Source of the DNA: Candidatus Latescibacterota bacterium | GTDB lineage: Bacteria; Latescibacterota; UBA2968 | Assembly: GCA_965204375.1 (NCBI GenBank) | Contig: OZ241986.1 | Span: 4,928,001 to 4,992,000 of the forward strand | Reading direction: 5' to 3' | Length of the DNA: 64,000 nucleotides | Part shown: positions 37,526 through 46,843 of the stretch, piece by piece | Layout: every line of letters starts with the position of its first letter | How positions within the stretch are numbered: the stretch's first letter is position 1 | The notes under the pieces: generated by a model | Database searches by the model: none | What the model was told of the DNA's origin: nothing | What the model saw: only the letters and a program-made list of their open reading frames with translations | Program-made: the position numbers and the translations under genes

Positions 37526-38365
37526 CTAATTATTATGCACATTCCGCACCAACAACCTCATATCGGGATGATGCCGCAGTTTTCGCAAAGCGTGAGCCTT
37601 AATTTGTCGCACGCGCTCGCGACTTAACTGAAACCGCATCCCAATCTCCAAAAGCGTCATTTGAGGCGCGCCATCCAGGCCAAAATACAGACAAATCACC
37701 TCTTTTTCGCGTGCATCGAGTAGATTCAGAGCCGATGCAATACCATCTTGAAGCGCGTTTTGAAACAAAGAGGCATCTGCTCCTGCTTGTGGATCTGACA
37801 ATTTTTCTTTCAGACAGAAGCTATCATCGGGGTGAAAGGGCATATCCAAAGACATAATAGGCTGCATATCGCTGAGCAAATCAGCCACATTTTCGCGCGT
37901 CAAATTAAAAGCCATTGCAATATCCCCCTGGGGGTCATCGCGGGGTTCTTGCTCTGAAAATCGGACAATTTTACGCAAAAGCTCAACGCGGCTGGCCGGC
38001 AGACGAATAGTGCGGGCGTGTTGCGCGATAGCCTGCTGGATCGACTGGCGTATCCACCAAACAGCATACGTGATAAACCGAAATCCCTTTTCTTCATCAA
38101 ACCGCTCCGCGGCCTTAATCAAACCCAAATTGCCAGCACCGATCAAATCGCTCATGGGCAGGCCCAAATTTTGATACCCTTTGGCCACGCGCATCACAAA
38201 GCGCAAATTGGCAACCACCAACCGGTTCCGCGCCTCTAAATCACCCTGTTTGATCTGCACAGCCAATTCGCGTTCTTTTTCGGGGGAGAGGGGTGTGCAA
38301 GCGGCCAGATCCGCCGTATAAGCATGCAACAAATCCATCGTGCGATCTGCCGAAACGGAAACCAT
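37526..38365 (-). CDS. RNA polymerase sigma-70 factor (RpoD/RpoS/RpoH-like, lacks region 1.1)
   Basis: LVVANLRFV, DLIGAGNLGLIKAAERFD, TYAVWWIRQ, LSRERVRQIK; RBS AGGAGG. Confidence 0.92.
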   Translation of the reverse strand: MVSVSADRTMDLLHAYTADLAACTPLSPEKERELAVQIKQGDLEARNRLVVANLRFVMRVAKGYQNLGLPMSDLIGAGNLGLIKAAERFDEEKGFRFITYAVWWIRQSIQQAIAQHARTIRLPASRVELLRKIVRFSEQEPRDDPQGDIAMAFNLTRENVADLLSDMQPIMSLDMPFHPDDSFCLKEKLSDPQAGADASLFQNALQDGIASALNLLDAREKEVICLYFGLDGAPQMTLLEIGMRFQLSRERVRQIKAHALRKLRHHPDMRLLVRNVHNN

Positions 38366-38480
38366 CTTCTCCTCCTGTGAGTGAATAACGCAATATCTGG
38401 CACGAAAATACGCACAGGATGTTACAACCGCGTTTCTGTCAAGTGACAATCGCGTGGAGCATGTTCTATTTTATTTATAA

Positions 38481-38540
38481 ACAAAAAAGCCTTTGAGGGT
38501 TCCCTCCCGACACCCTCAAAGGTTTGTAAGTCTGCTATAA
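38481..38540. ncRNA. Candidate small RNA or leader terminator C
   Basis: 11-bp perfect stem with loop TCCCTCCCGAC (+) / GTCGGGAGGGA (-); minus-strand TTGACA-17-TATTTT promoter and T-tract. Confidence 0.55.
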
Positions 38541-38573
38541 AAGCAAAATAAATTCCAAAAATAACCCTGTCAA

Positions 38574-38652
38574 CAAAAAAAGCGGGCTGCCAACAGCACT
38601 CTATTTATCGGGAGGGAGGAAATAAACAGACATGCTGAGGCAACCCGCTGTA
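38574..38652 (-). ncRNA. Candidate small RNA D with UUCCUCCCUCCCG loop
   Basis: TTGACG-17-TATGTT promoter; long stem with three G-U pairs valid only on the minus strand; T-tract. Confidence 0.6.
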
Positions 38653-38703
38653 TATAAAACATACCCAACTACAAAAACAACGTCAAGAGTATAAAAAAAA
38701 TTA

Positions 38704-41424
38704 TTACTCAAGCAGAGTCTGAATATCAAAAATCGTTGTCCTCGCCTTGATATCTTCGTGCCTCAATGCGTCCTTAATGCGGTCGGCATTCCCGTAAATA
38801 AGCATCAGCAATGGCAATTTGTTCTGACTGTTTAACATCCTTTTGAAAACGCGGCGAATATCCTCCTCCGTCACCCCATCAACAGCCGATTCGTATTCCT
38901 CCAGCGAAAGAGCGGGCACCCCATCGCGGTCATAGCGCACCTGCTGGCTGAGTCTGCTCTGCGGACCGAGTTGCAAATGATACGCTCGCTTGAGCCTTTC
39001 GCGACCTTTCTCCACCTGCGCCCAAAAATCTGGCTCAGACAAACAATGGTGAATCAACCGAAACATCTCGGGAACAAGCTCAGAAGTATAAACACCTCGA
39101 GGATCAGCCGAAAAACTCAGTACTGGCGGTGACGTCCTTTCGTCAATACTCACGCCCGTCGAATAACACCAGCCCTTTTGTTCGCGAAGCCGAATAAACA
39201 ACAGGCGGTCCAGCGCATTGACCAAAACCGTTTGTGCAAACCAATCCTCATTTGTGCGTGGCAAACCATTGGTTATCCAATAACAAAAATCAGCTTGATG
39301 GGTATATGGATAAATTAAAGCGTGCAAACCCGTAATCTCTTTGCGTTTGGGCCGGGGACGTGGCAAAAAACCATCTCGAACCCGGTTGTGCGTCATCACG
39401 CGCAAACTGCGTTCAATTTCCGATTTACTCAAATCGGAAGTCACCGTAAAAAAGAGGACTTTTGCGCGCAAGGTTCGATTCCAAAATTGTTGCAAGTCTT
39501 TCATTGTCAAATTTTCAAGTGCCGTGCGCGTACCTATCCTCCGGTCCTTGTCGTATTTGTACAGATGATACCTGAAAATTTCCGTTCCTTTATGGTCGTT
39601 AACATATTCCTCAAAATCGTCTATGATCCGCGCCCGTTCCTTATCTAACAGTTCTTTAGAGAATGTGAGATCTCTCATCATCACCTTCAGGCGTCTCAAA
39701 GCCGCATCCAAATTTTCGCTAAACACGGTCAGGTTAACGGTAACATATCGGTCAGAAATATTGAACCAGAACTCTGCGCCAAGCCGGTCCATCTCTTTTT
39801 TATCTTCCCCGTGTAATGCCAGATCATTCAGGCGAAAAAACGCAAAGGACAAACCGCGCGTATCCATTGTCTCCTGCAGATCCCCCCCTGTATAATACCT
39901 CATTGAAAGCCGCGTTTGCGGCACGCGCGTATCTTGCACGTAATATATCTTGTGATTGGAAATTTCTGCATCTGCTACCGAAATATTGCAAAGGACTACA
40001 AATAACCCCACTGCAAGTACTCGCCGTCGCCAGTACCAGCATCCTCCCACACCTGCGAGAACCCACACAATACCCACATAAAGCCACACATGCCGCGATG
40101 GTGGTCGCTCTGGAGACGAGACCAGAGCAAAAGTGCGGGGTGGCTGGTCCAAAAGATATTGCTTCACCACCCGCTTGACATCCGCCACAGTAATCTCATC
40201 GAGATTCTGCATCCACTTGAGACGATGGGCGGGATCGCTGGTGCGAATAAATCCAGAAGAGATCGCATTTGCCAGACGGGACTGACTGGTTATCGTGCGA
40301 TATAAAGTCTTACGCGCTTCGTTCCGCGCCAGCAGAAGATCCTCCTTAGATAAAGAATCGATAGCTGTTTGAATAATTTGTGGCATTTCCTTAACGTCAT
40401 AATATGCACCCGAGGGTAAGTCGGCTATAAAATAAAACAGTCCTTTATCGCGCAGAGCATACTGAGAGTAGCTTAGCTGAAGGGCTTTTCCAGAACTAAC
40501 CAGTTTTTGATGAGCAAGAGAATATTCACCTTCAAAAAGAGCTTTGGCAAATAAATACAAAGCGTAATAGTCCGGATGCGTATCTGTCGGAATATGCCAG
40601 ACACCCCAGACAGAAGAATGCAGACCACTTGTAGATTGCAGGGAATCCTGGGGGACAGATACATCCTCCAACGTATCAACATCATCGTGAATAAACCCCT
40701 CGTCCTTCGGTATCCCTCCAAAATGTTGAACCACAACGGGCAAAATATCAGTCCCTTTCACATCACCGACAATTACAAGACAGGCATTATTCGGCACGTA
40801 ATAACACTTGTGAAATGCGGTCGCTTGCTCCAGAGTAAAAGTTTTAATCGTATCGCGATGACCCAGAATATCGTACCGATAGGGATGTCCTGCAAACATG
40901 CGGGCATACAGCTTTTTGTAAAGCAACCGACGGGCGCCTTCGACATTACGCGCCCATTCAGCCAGAACCACCTCTTTTTCGAGATCAAATGCTTCCTGCG
41001 AAACATCAAACCGTGTCATACCCCGTGCAAAACTGGCGATCAGCGCGTCCAATTGCGCTTTGGGAACAGTCGCGTAGTATTTCGTGCCATCTCTCGACGT
41101 ACTGGCATTGGCGTGTGGTGCTTCCGAAAGGTGGAACGATTCTAAGAATGAGCGATCCACTGCGAGGTGCTCGACCAGATGCGCCATGCCCTGCCGGTCG
41201 GGTGCTTCGTGAGAAGATCCCACGCGATAGGCGATTTGGCACGTCACAACGGGACGGGTATCGTCTTCCACAATCGCAACCTGAAGGCCATTGGCGAGGC
41301 GATAGTGCTGGAGAGAAAGCGAGCCAGCAAGCGAAACATCGGCGACCTTTTGATAGGGCGGCGAACTTGCCAGTACCTGAAGCGGCAAAAGACAGAGAAG
41401 AAGAGGAAAATATCTGGAACGCAT
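38704..41424 (-). CDS. M16 (pitrilysin-family) zinc peptidase, two halves joined by a hydrophobic linker
   Basis: Signal peptide, YRVGSSHE…GMAHLVEHL (HxxEH), NASTSRD; second half LREQKGWCYS. Confidence 0.85.
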   Translation of the reverse strand: MRSRYFPLLLCLLPLQVLASSPPYQKVADVSLAGSLSLQHYRLANGLQVAIVEDDTRPVVTCQIAYRVGSSHEAPDRQGMAHLVEHLAVDRSFLESFHLSEAPHANASTSRDGTKYYATVPKAQLDALIASFARGMTRFDVSQEAFDLEKEVVLAEWARNVEGARRLLYKKLYARMFAGHPYRYDILGHRDTIKTFTLEQATAFHKCYYVPNNACLVIVGDVKGTDILPVVVQHFGGIPKDEGFIHDDVDTLEDVSVPQDSLQSTSGLHSSVWGVWHIPTDTHPDYYALYLFAKALFEGEYSLAHQKLVSSGKALQLSYSQYALRDKGLFYFIADLPSGAYYDVKEMPQIIQTAIDSLSKEDLLLARNEARKTLYRTITSQSRLANAISSGFIRTSDPAHRLKWMQNLDEITVADVKRVVKQYLLDQPPRTFALVSSPERPPSRHVWLYVGIVWVLAGVGGCWYWRRRVLAVGLFVVLCNISVADAEISNHKIYYVQDTRVPQTRLSMRYYTGGDLQETMDTRGLSFAFFRLNDLALHGEDKKEMDRLGAEFWFNISDRYVTVNLTVFSENLDAALRRLKVMMRDLTFSKELLDKERARIIDDFEEYVNDHKGTEIFRYHLYKYDKDRRIGTRTALENLTMKDLQQFWNRTLRAKVLFFTVTSDLSKSEIERSLRVMTHNRVRDGFLPRPRPKRKEITGLHALIYPYTHQADFCYWITNGLPRTNEDWFAQTVLVNALDRLLFIRLREQKGWCYSTGVSIDERTSPPVLSFSADPRGVYTSELVPEMFRLIHHCLSEPDFWAQVEKGRERLKRAYHLQLGPQSRLSQQVRYDRDGVPALSLEEYESAVDGVTEEDIRRVFKRMLNSQNKLPLLMLIYGNADRIKDALRHEDIKARTTIFDIQTLLE

Positions 41425-41613
41425 CACGAAATCCTCATGGTTGGCTAAATGCTTATTCCAGAATACCAAAATTTTCCAACGTGTGCAACGCCCAAAAAAC
41501 CTCTGGCTCCTGAAAAACACGCGCCGATTAGCCCTGGCTTTTCCGTTGCTTTTCTCGCGCAAACTGATAATTTACCACATCTCATCTGAAACCCCGTTGC
41601 GAAAGGTCCTCTT

Positions 41614-41838
41614 ATGTTCTTAGTCACCCTGCTCAAAATTTACGGCTACATCATCATTGCGCGAGCACTCATCTCATGGATAAATCCCAATCCATACAAT
41701 CCACTCATCAGAATAATATGCGCCATCACAGATCCGGTACTCGTACCCATTCGCCGCGTGTTGCCCGATCTCGGTGGCCTGGACATATCGCCCTTTGTCG
41801 CCATCGTCATTATCTGGTTCATCATATCCCTGATTTAG
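41614..41838 (+). CDS. yggT: YggT family membrane protein
   Basis: ISWINPNPYNP…TDPVLVPIRRVLP…GLDISP. Confidence 0.9.
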   Translation: MFLVTLLKIYGYIIIARALISWINPNPYNPLIRIICAITDPVLVPIRRVLPDLGGLDISPFVAIVIIWFIISLI

Positions 41839-41864
41839 TCCCCTCTCTCACAAAAGGGCATAAT

Positions 41865-43070
41865 TTGAGCGCAGAACCACGTCCATCCACCTCCCGCATC
41901 CTCATTCCCATCTTGCTAACTGGCCTGTCTGGTCTGCCCCCCCTATCCATTGACATGTTTTTGCCCTCCATGCCGGCAATGGTGCAGGAATTTCAAACCC
42001 AACCCACCCACATCCAGCCCGCCGTCACCCTATTCCTGATGGCACTGGGCGCAGCACAACTCGTCTTTGGTCCCCTCTCTGACAGATATGGCCGTCGCCC
42101 CATCTTGCTCATCGGTCTGGCCTGTTACGCGCTCGCGGGCCTGGGTTGCCTATTTGCGCCCACAGTGGGCGCACTCATCTTAGCGCGTGTATTGCAGGGA
42201 TTTGCTGGGGGCAGTGGTCCTTCTGTAAGCCGCGCTGTCGTACGCGATATATACGGCGAAATCCACGCCGCCAGAATAATGTCCTACATGGCCACAGCCA
42301 TTGCCCTTGCCCCCATTCTCGCACCCGTGATAGGTGGATTTTTACAAGCCTATTTTGGATGGCATGCCGTCTTTGTCGTACTCAGCGCGCTGGGCGCTCT
42401 GTTCTTTTTGGGCTACCTGTGGGCAGTGCCCGAAACCAATAACATGATAGACCCCACAGCCCTGAATCCAACGCGCATGATAGCCAATTACCGCGACCTC
42501 CTGAGCAGCCGCCAGTACCTCGGATATACCTTTATGGTCGCCATTCTATTCTGGGGCATGTTTGCCTTTATCACAAACTCATCTTTCGTACTCATCACCG
42601 AGTTGGGCGTCTCTCCCCAACTCTACGGCTTCTGTTTTGGATCGGTCGCGGTGGGACTCATGATCGGCGCATTTTTATCTGGCCGTCTCAACAATCGCCT
42701 CGGCAGCGCACGCATCATTCAAATTGGCAGCCTGATCGCAGCAGGCGCGGGCCTGCTTTTATTGGGACTCAAACTCGCGGGCGTATTTTCGGTCATCACC
42801 ATCATCGCCCCCATGTGTTTATTCACAATAGGCGGCGGTATGGTGCGCCCCCAGTCAATGGCCGGCGCAATCGTACCCTACCCGGAAAAAGCCGGACTTG
42901 CCTCCGCCCTCATGGGATTTATACAAATGAGCACAGCGGGATTATTTGTCACCCTCTTCAGTCAATTTTACAGCGCCTCATCCATCTCCATGGTCACAGC
43001 CATTGCCATTTCAGGCATCATTGCCCTGATCGTGCGCCGCACACTATTGCCTTATGGAGCCACATCATGA
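41865..43070 (+). CDS. Bcr/CflA-family MFS efflux transporter
   Basis: LSIDMFLPSMP, GPLSDRYGRRP; likely TTG start at 41865. Confidence 0.9.
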   Translation: MSAEPRPSTSRILIPILLTGLSGLPPLSIDMFLPSMPAMVQEFQTQPTHIQPAVTLFLMALGAAQLVFGPLSDRYGRRPILLIGLACYALAGLGCLFAPTVGALILARVLQGFAGGSGPSVSRAVVRDIYGEIHAARIMSYMATAIALAPILAPVIGGFLQAYFGWHAVFVVLSALGALFFLGYLWAVPETNNMIDPTALNPTRMIANYRDLLSSRQYLGYTFMVAILFWGMFAFITNSSFVLITELGVSPQLYGFCFGSVAVGLMIGAFLSGRLNNRLGSARIIQIGSLIAAGAGLLLLGLKLAGVFSVITIIAPMCLFTIGGGMVRPQSMAGAIVPYPEKAGLASALMGFIQMSTAGLFVTLFSQFYSASSISMVTAIAISGIIALIVRRTLLPYGATS

Positions 43071-44104
43071 TCCTCGCCATTGACATCGGCGGCACCCAAT
43101 TTGGCCTGGCCCTCGCCACGCCCGACGGTCGCGTCATCAAACACATCCAGCACCAAACAGATCGCGCAGACCACGCAGACAAAAGAACTGACCGCATACT
43201 CGCCGCAAGCAAAACGCTCATCGCACAATCATCTGTATTGGCCTGTGGCATAGGATTTGGTGGCCCCGTCAACTTCGATACACAGCGCATCGTCAACTCC
43301 ACCCACGTCGTCGGATGGGACGATTGCCCACTGCCGAAAATTGTCGAACAACACCTCGGCTTACCCGCAATAATCGACAACGATGCCAACGCGGGCGCAC
43401 TGGGAGAATTTACTTTTGGCGCGGGCAAAAACAGTCGCCACATCATCTACTACACGGTTAGCACCGGCATTGGTGGGGGTATCATCATCAACGGCGAACT
43501 TTACCGCGGTGGCAACGGATATGCCGGCGAACTCGGCCATGTGCCCATCTTGCGCGACGGACCCCAATGCGACTGCGGCAATCGCGGCTGCCTCGAAGCT
43601 CTGTGCTCTGGCACTGCCATCGGCAAGCGCGCAACAGAAGCGGTGCAAAAACATCCGCGCAAAGGCATCGCAATCACACGGGCCGCAAACAACAATCCCA
43701 TCACAGCCAAAACCCTATTTGATACCGCGCGTTCTGAAGCGGTGCAAAAACATCCGCGCAAAGGCATCGCAATCACACGGGCCGCAAACAACAATCCCAT
43801 CACAGCCAAAACCCTATTTGATACCGCGCGTTCTGGAGACCCTTATGCCAGAGTACTCGTCGATGAAATCTGCACCGACCTCGGGCAGGGTTTGGCAATG
43901 GCTGTAAACGCATTCGCCCCCGATGTCATCGTCATCGGAGGCGGCGTCTCAAACGCGGGACGCGTTCTATTTGAACCGCTGCGAAGAGAAACCCGTCGAT
44001 TCCTCATGCCGGTTCACCGTCCAAATCTCAGAATCGCCCCTGCCAAACTCAAAAATCGCTCCGTACTTCTCGGCGCAGTCGCGCTTGCAAGACAACTGAT
44101 TTGA
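43067..44104 (+). CDS. ROK family sugar kinase
   Basis: AIDIGGT, DNDANAGALGE, GELGH…CDCGNRGCLE; ATGA overlap with upstream stop. Confidence 0.9.
   Translation: MILAIDIGGTQFGLALATPDGRVIKHIQHQTDRADHADKRTDRILAASKTLIAQSSVLACGIGFGGPVNFDTQRIVNSTHVVGWDDCPLPKIVEQHLGLPAIIDNDANAGALGEFTFGAGKNSRHIIYYTVSTGIGGGIIINGELYRGGNGYAGELGHVPILRDGPQCDCGNRGCLEALCSGTAIGKRATEAVQKHPRKGIAITRAANNNPITAKTLFDTARSEAVQKHPRKGIAITRAANNNPITAKTLFDTARSGDPYARVLVDEICTDLGQGLAMAVNAFAPDVIVIGGGVSNAGRVLFEPLRRETRRFLMPVHRPNLRIAPAKLKNRSVLLGAVALARQLI
43637..43834 (+). repeat. Exact 99-bp in-frame tandem duplication
   Basis: 43637-43735 equals 43736-43834 (33 aa duplicated). Confidence 0.95.
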
Positions 44105-44213
44105 AATCAGGATGAAATGACGATTTTTTTATCTTGAAATTCAGACATTTTTGAAGTTCATTACCTGACGATAACCTGTTATCCCAGTCGTACAACACCC
44201 AAAGGAGAACACC

Positions 44214-45887
44214 ATGCCTCAAATGACCGGCGGCCGATTCATCGCTGAAACCTTCAAAGGATATGGTATTACCCATGTCTTTTTTATGCCCGTAATTGCA
44301 CCTAGAGCGCTGTATGAAATGGAAAAATTAGGCATCAAACGCATCATGACACACGGCGAAAAAGCCGCTGCTTACATGGCCGATGCGTACGCCCGCGTCA
44401 ACCGGGGTCCCGGTATCTGCATGGCCCAATCTGTCGGCGCGGCCAATCTCGCCGCTGGCCTGCAAGACGCTTATCTCGCCTGCGCCCCAGTTATCGCCAT
44501 CACCGGACGCCAGACCCAGATCAACCAGCAGCGCCACGCCTATCAAGAAGTCGATCACAAAGCTCCTTTTAGCGCGGTCACAAAATACAGTATTAACGTC
44601 GGCGAACTCGATCAACTGCCCTACTTCATGCGTCAGGCATTTCGAGAATCCGTCTCTGGCACACCCGGTCCCGTTCACCTGGACTTTGAGGGCTTTGTCG
44701 GACAAAACATCGCAGAAGCCGAAGCGGACCTGGACGTCATCATCGAAGAACAATTCACACGCATGCCCCCCTTCCGTCCAGAGCCAGAAGAGTCAAGCGT
44801 TCGGGAAGCCATAACATTGCTCACCCGTGCCAAACGTCCCGTCATCATCGCCGGCGGAGGCGTCACCTATTCCGAAGCAGGTACCGAACTCGTCAAACTC
44901 GCCGAAAAATTATCCATACCCGTCGCCACCTCTCTCAACGCCAAAGAAACCTTCCCCTACGACCATCCACTCGCCGTTGGCGTATGCGGCCAATACTCCC
45001 GTGCCTGCGCCAACAAAACCGTCTGCGAAGCCGATCTCGTCTTCTTTATCGGCAGTCACGCGGGTGGGCAGGTCACCAACGAATGGAAAATTCCGCCCAA
45101 AGGCACACCCGTCATCCAGCTCGACATCAACCCCTCTGAACTGGGGCGTTCTTTCCCAATATCGCTCGGTCTGCAAGGCGATGTTCAGGCATCGCTGCGC
45201 AAAATGATCGACAATGCCGACCCCGTTGCAGAGCGCACCGAATGGATTACCCGGGTCCGGGATCTGGTCCGCGAATGGCGCGACGAAGTCGCCCCACTCG
45301 TCAACTCCGACGACAACCCCATGCGTCCCGAACGCCTGTGCAAAGAACTCACCGACCTTCTCCCCTCAGACGCCATCCTCGTCTCTGACACGGGTCACTC
45401 CGGGATATGGACCGGCACCATGATGGACCTCAAACACCCCGATCAACTGTTCATCCGCTGCGCCGGATCCCTCGGATGGGGTCTCCCTGCAGCTATTGGT
45501 GCCAAATGCGCCAAACCCGACCGCCCTGTTATCTGCTTCACCGGCGACGGCGGGATATGGTATCACATGACCGAACTCGATACCGCATTGCGATACGACA
45601 TCCCCACTGTCACCATCGTAAACAACAACCGCTCGCTCAACCAGGAAAAATCCGTCAACGAGCGAACTTATGGCGGACAGACTCCTGGATCCGATGAACT
45701 GTGGATACTCACTGATGCCGACTTTGCAAAAATTGCACAATCCATGGACTGCTTTGGTGCCACGGTAAATCATCCCGGCGAACTATCGGGTGCCTTAGAC
45801 CAGGCACTTGCCTCTAACAAACCCGCCATCATTGATGTCAAAACACACATCGAAGGCATTGCACCACGCGCCTGGGCGCCAGAGTAA
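44214..45887 (+). CDS. Thiamine-pyrophosphate-dependent enzyme (acetolactate synthase-like)
   Basis: HGEKAAAYMADAYAR, PGPVHL, GDGG…NN TPP motif. Confidence 0.9.
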   Translation: MPQMTGGRFIAETFKGYGITHVFFMPVIAPRALYEMEKLGIKRIMTHGEKAAAYMADAYARVNRGPGICMAQSVGAANLAAGLQDAYLACAPVIAITGRQTQINQQRHAYQEVDHKAPFSAVTKYSINVGELDQLPYFMRQAFRESVSGTPGPVHLDFEGFVGQNIAEAEADLDVIIEEQFTRMPPFRPEPEESSVREAITLLTRAKRPVIIAGGGVTYSEAGTELVKLAEKLSIPVATSLNAKETFPYDHPLAVGVCGQYSRACANKTVCEADLVFFIGSHAGGQVTNEWKIPPKGTPVIQLDINPSELGRSFPISLGLQGDVQASLRKMIDNADPVAERTEWITRVRDLVREWRDEVAPLVNSDDNPMRPERLCKELTDLLPSDAILVSDTGHSGIWTGTMMDLKHPDQLFIRCAGSLGWGLPAAIGAKCAKPDRPVICFTGDGGIWYHMTELDTALRYDIPTVTIVNNNRSLNQEKSVNERTYGGQTPGSDELWILTDADFAKIAQSMDCFGATVNHPGELSGALDQALASNKPAIIDVKTHIEGIAPRAWAPE

Positions 45888-45906
45888 AAACGCGAGGAAC
45901 TCCTCA

Positions 45907-46821
45907 ATGGACGCAAAAGAAAGATACTTCTGGGACCTGACCGGGCATCTCGTTGTGCCCCAGGTACTCAGTCCCGATGAAATCGCAGAAGCAAATGAAG
46001 CCATCGATTATTACACCCGGGAAATTTTAAAAATCCAGGACTCTGACGACCTGCCCGGCAGACCAGATGTGCAGGCAAACACAGTCGTCAGAACCAGCAA
46101 TAAGCATCCCTATTTCCTAAAAATGCCTTCGCCGTATTCCGATCCCTTCAGGAAAATGCTCGTCCATCCCCAGATCGTATCTCGCCTCAACAAAATATGT
46201 GGTCGGGGCTTTCGCTTGGATCACGGACCCGAGTTAATCGGTCACGTCAAAGGCGTAGATGGCCTTCGGCTGCACGGATCGGGTGACCGCCACAAACCCT
46301 ATGTGGCCTATCGCAATCAAAACGGCGAAATGCACTGCGGCGGAGTCACGGTCTCCTATCAACTATCAGACGTCGGCAAAGGCGATGGCGGATTTGTCGC
46401 CGTACCGGGATCGCACAAATCCAAATACATCATACCCGAAGACCTCAAATACTTCAAAAGCGACATGGACGTACTCGTTCAACCCACTATGAAAGCGGGA
46501 GATGTCCTCTTTTTCATGGACGGCGCGCAAACGCACGGCACTTTGCCCTGGCAAGCAGAACACCAGCGCCGATCCATCCTCTACAAATACACGAGTAGAA
46601 CGTCTGCCCGGCAGGGAACCGCAGAAGACGTTGCACCGCCCAAAAATTACTGGGAACAATCGATCACCGACGGCATGACACCTGAGCAACTCGCCGTCAT
46701 GTGGGGACCCTATTCCAACTACCACGAAGAACTGCCTGTCCTGGGCATTAACGATCAGGGTGTTGTCCACACAGAAGAACCCATTGACCCCGATAATATC
46801 TGGAGCGACCGGAGAGGATAA
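45907..46821 (+). CDS. Phytanoyl-CoA dioxygenase (PhyH) family protein
   Basis: RYFWDLTGHLVV, GGFVAVPGSHK, AGDVLFF…HGTLPW…RRSILY. Confidence 0.85.
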   Translation: MDAKERYFWDLTGHLVVPQVLSPDEIAEANEAIDYYTREILKIQDSDDLPGRPDVQANTVVRTSNKHPYFLKMPSPYSDPFRKMLVHPQIVSRLNKICGRGFRLDHGPELIGHVKGVDGLRLHGSGDRHKPYVAYRNQNGEMHCGGVTVSYQLSDVGKGDGGFVAVPGSHKSKYIIPEDLKYFKSDMDVLVQPTMKAGDVLFFMDGAQTHGTLPWQAEHQRRSILYKYTSRTSARQGTAEDVAPPKNYWEQSITDGMTPEQLAVMWGPYSNYHEELPVLGINDQGVVHTEEPIDPDNIWSDRRG

Positions 46822-46843
46822 ACACAACAAAAGGAGACTCTCA

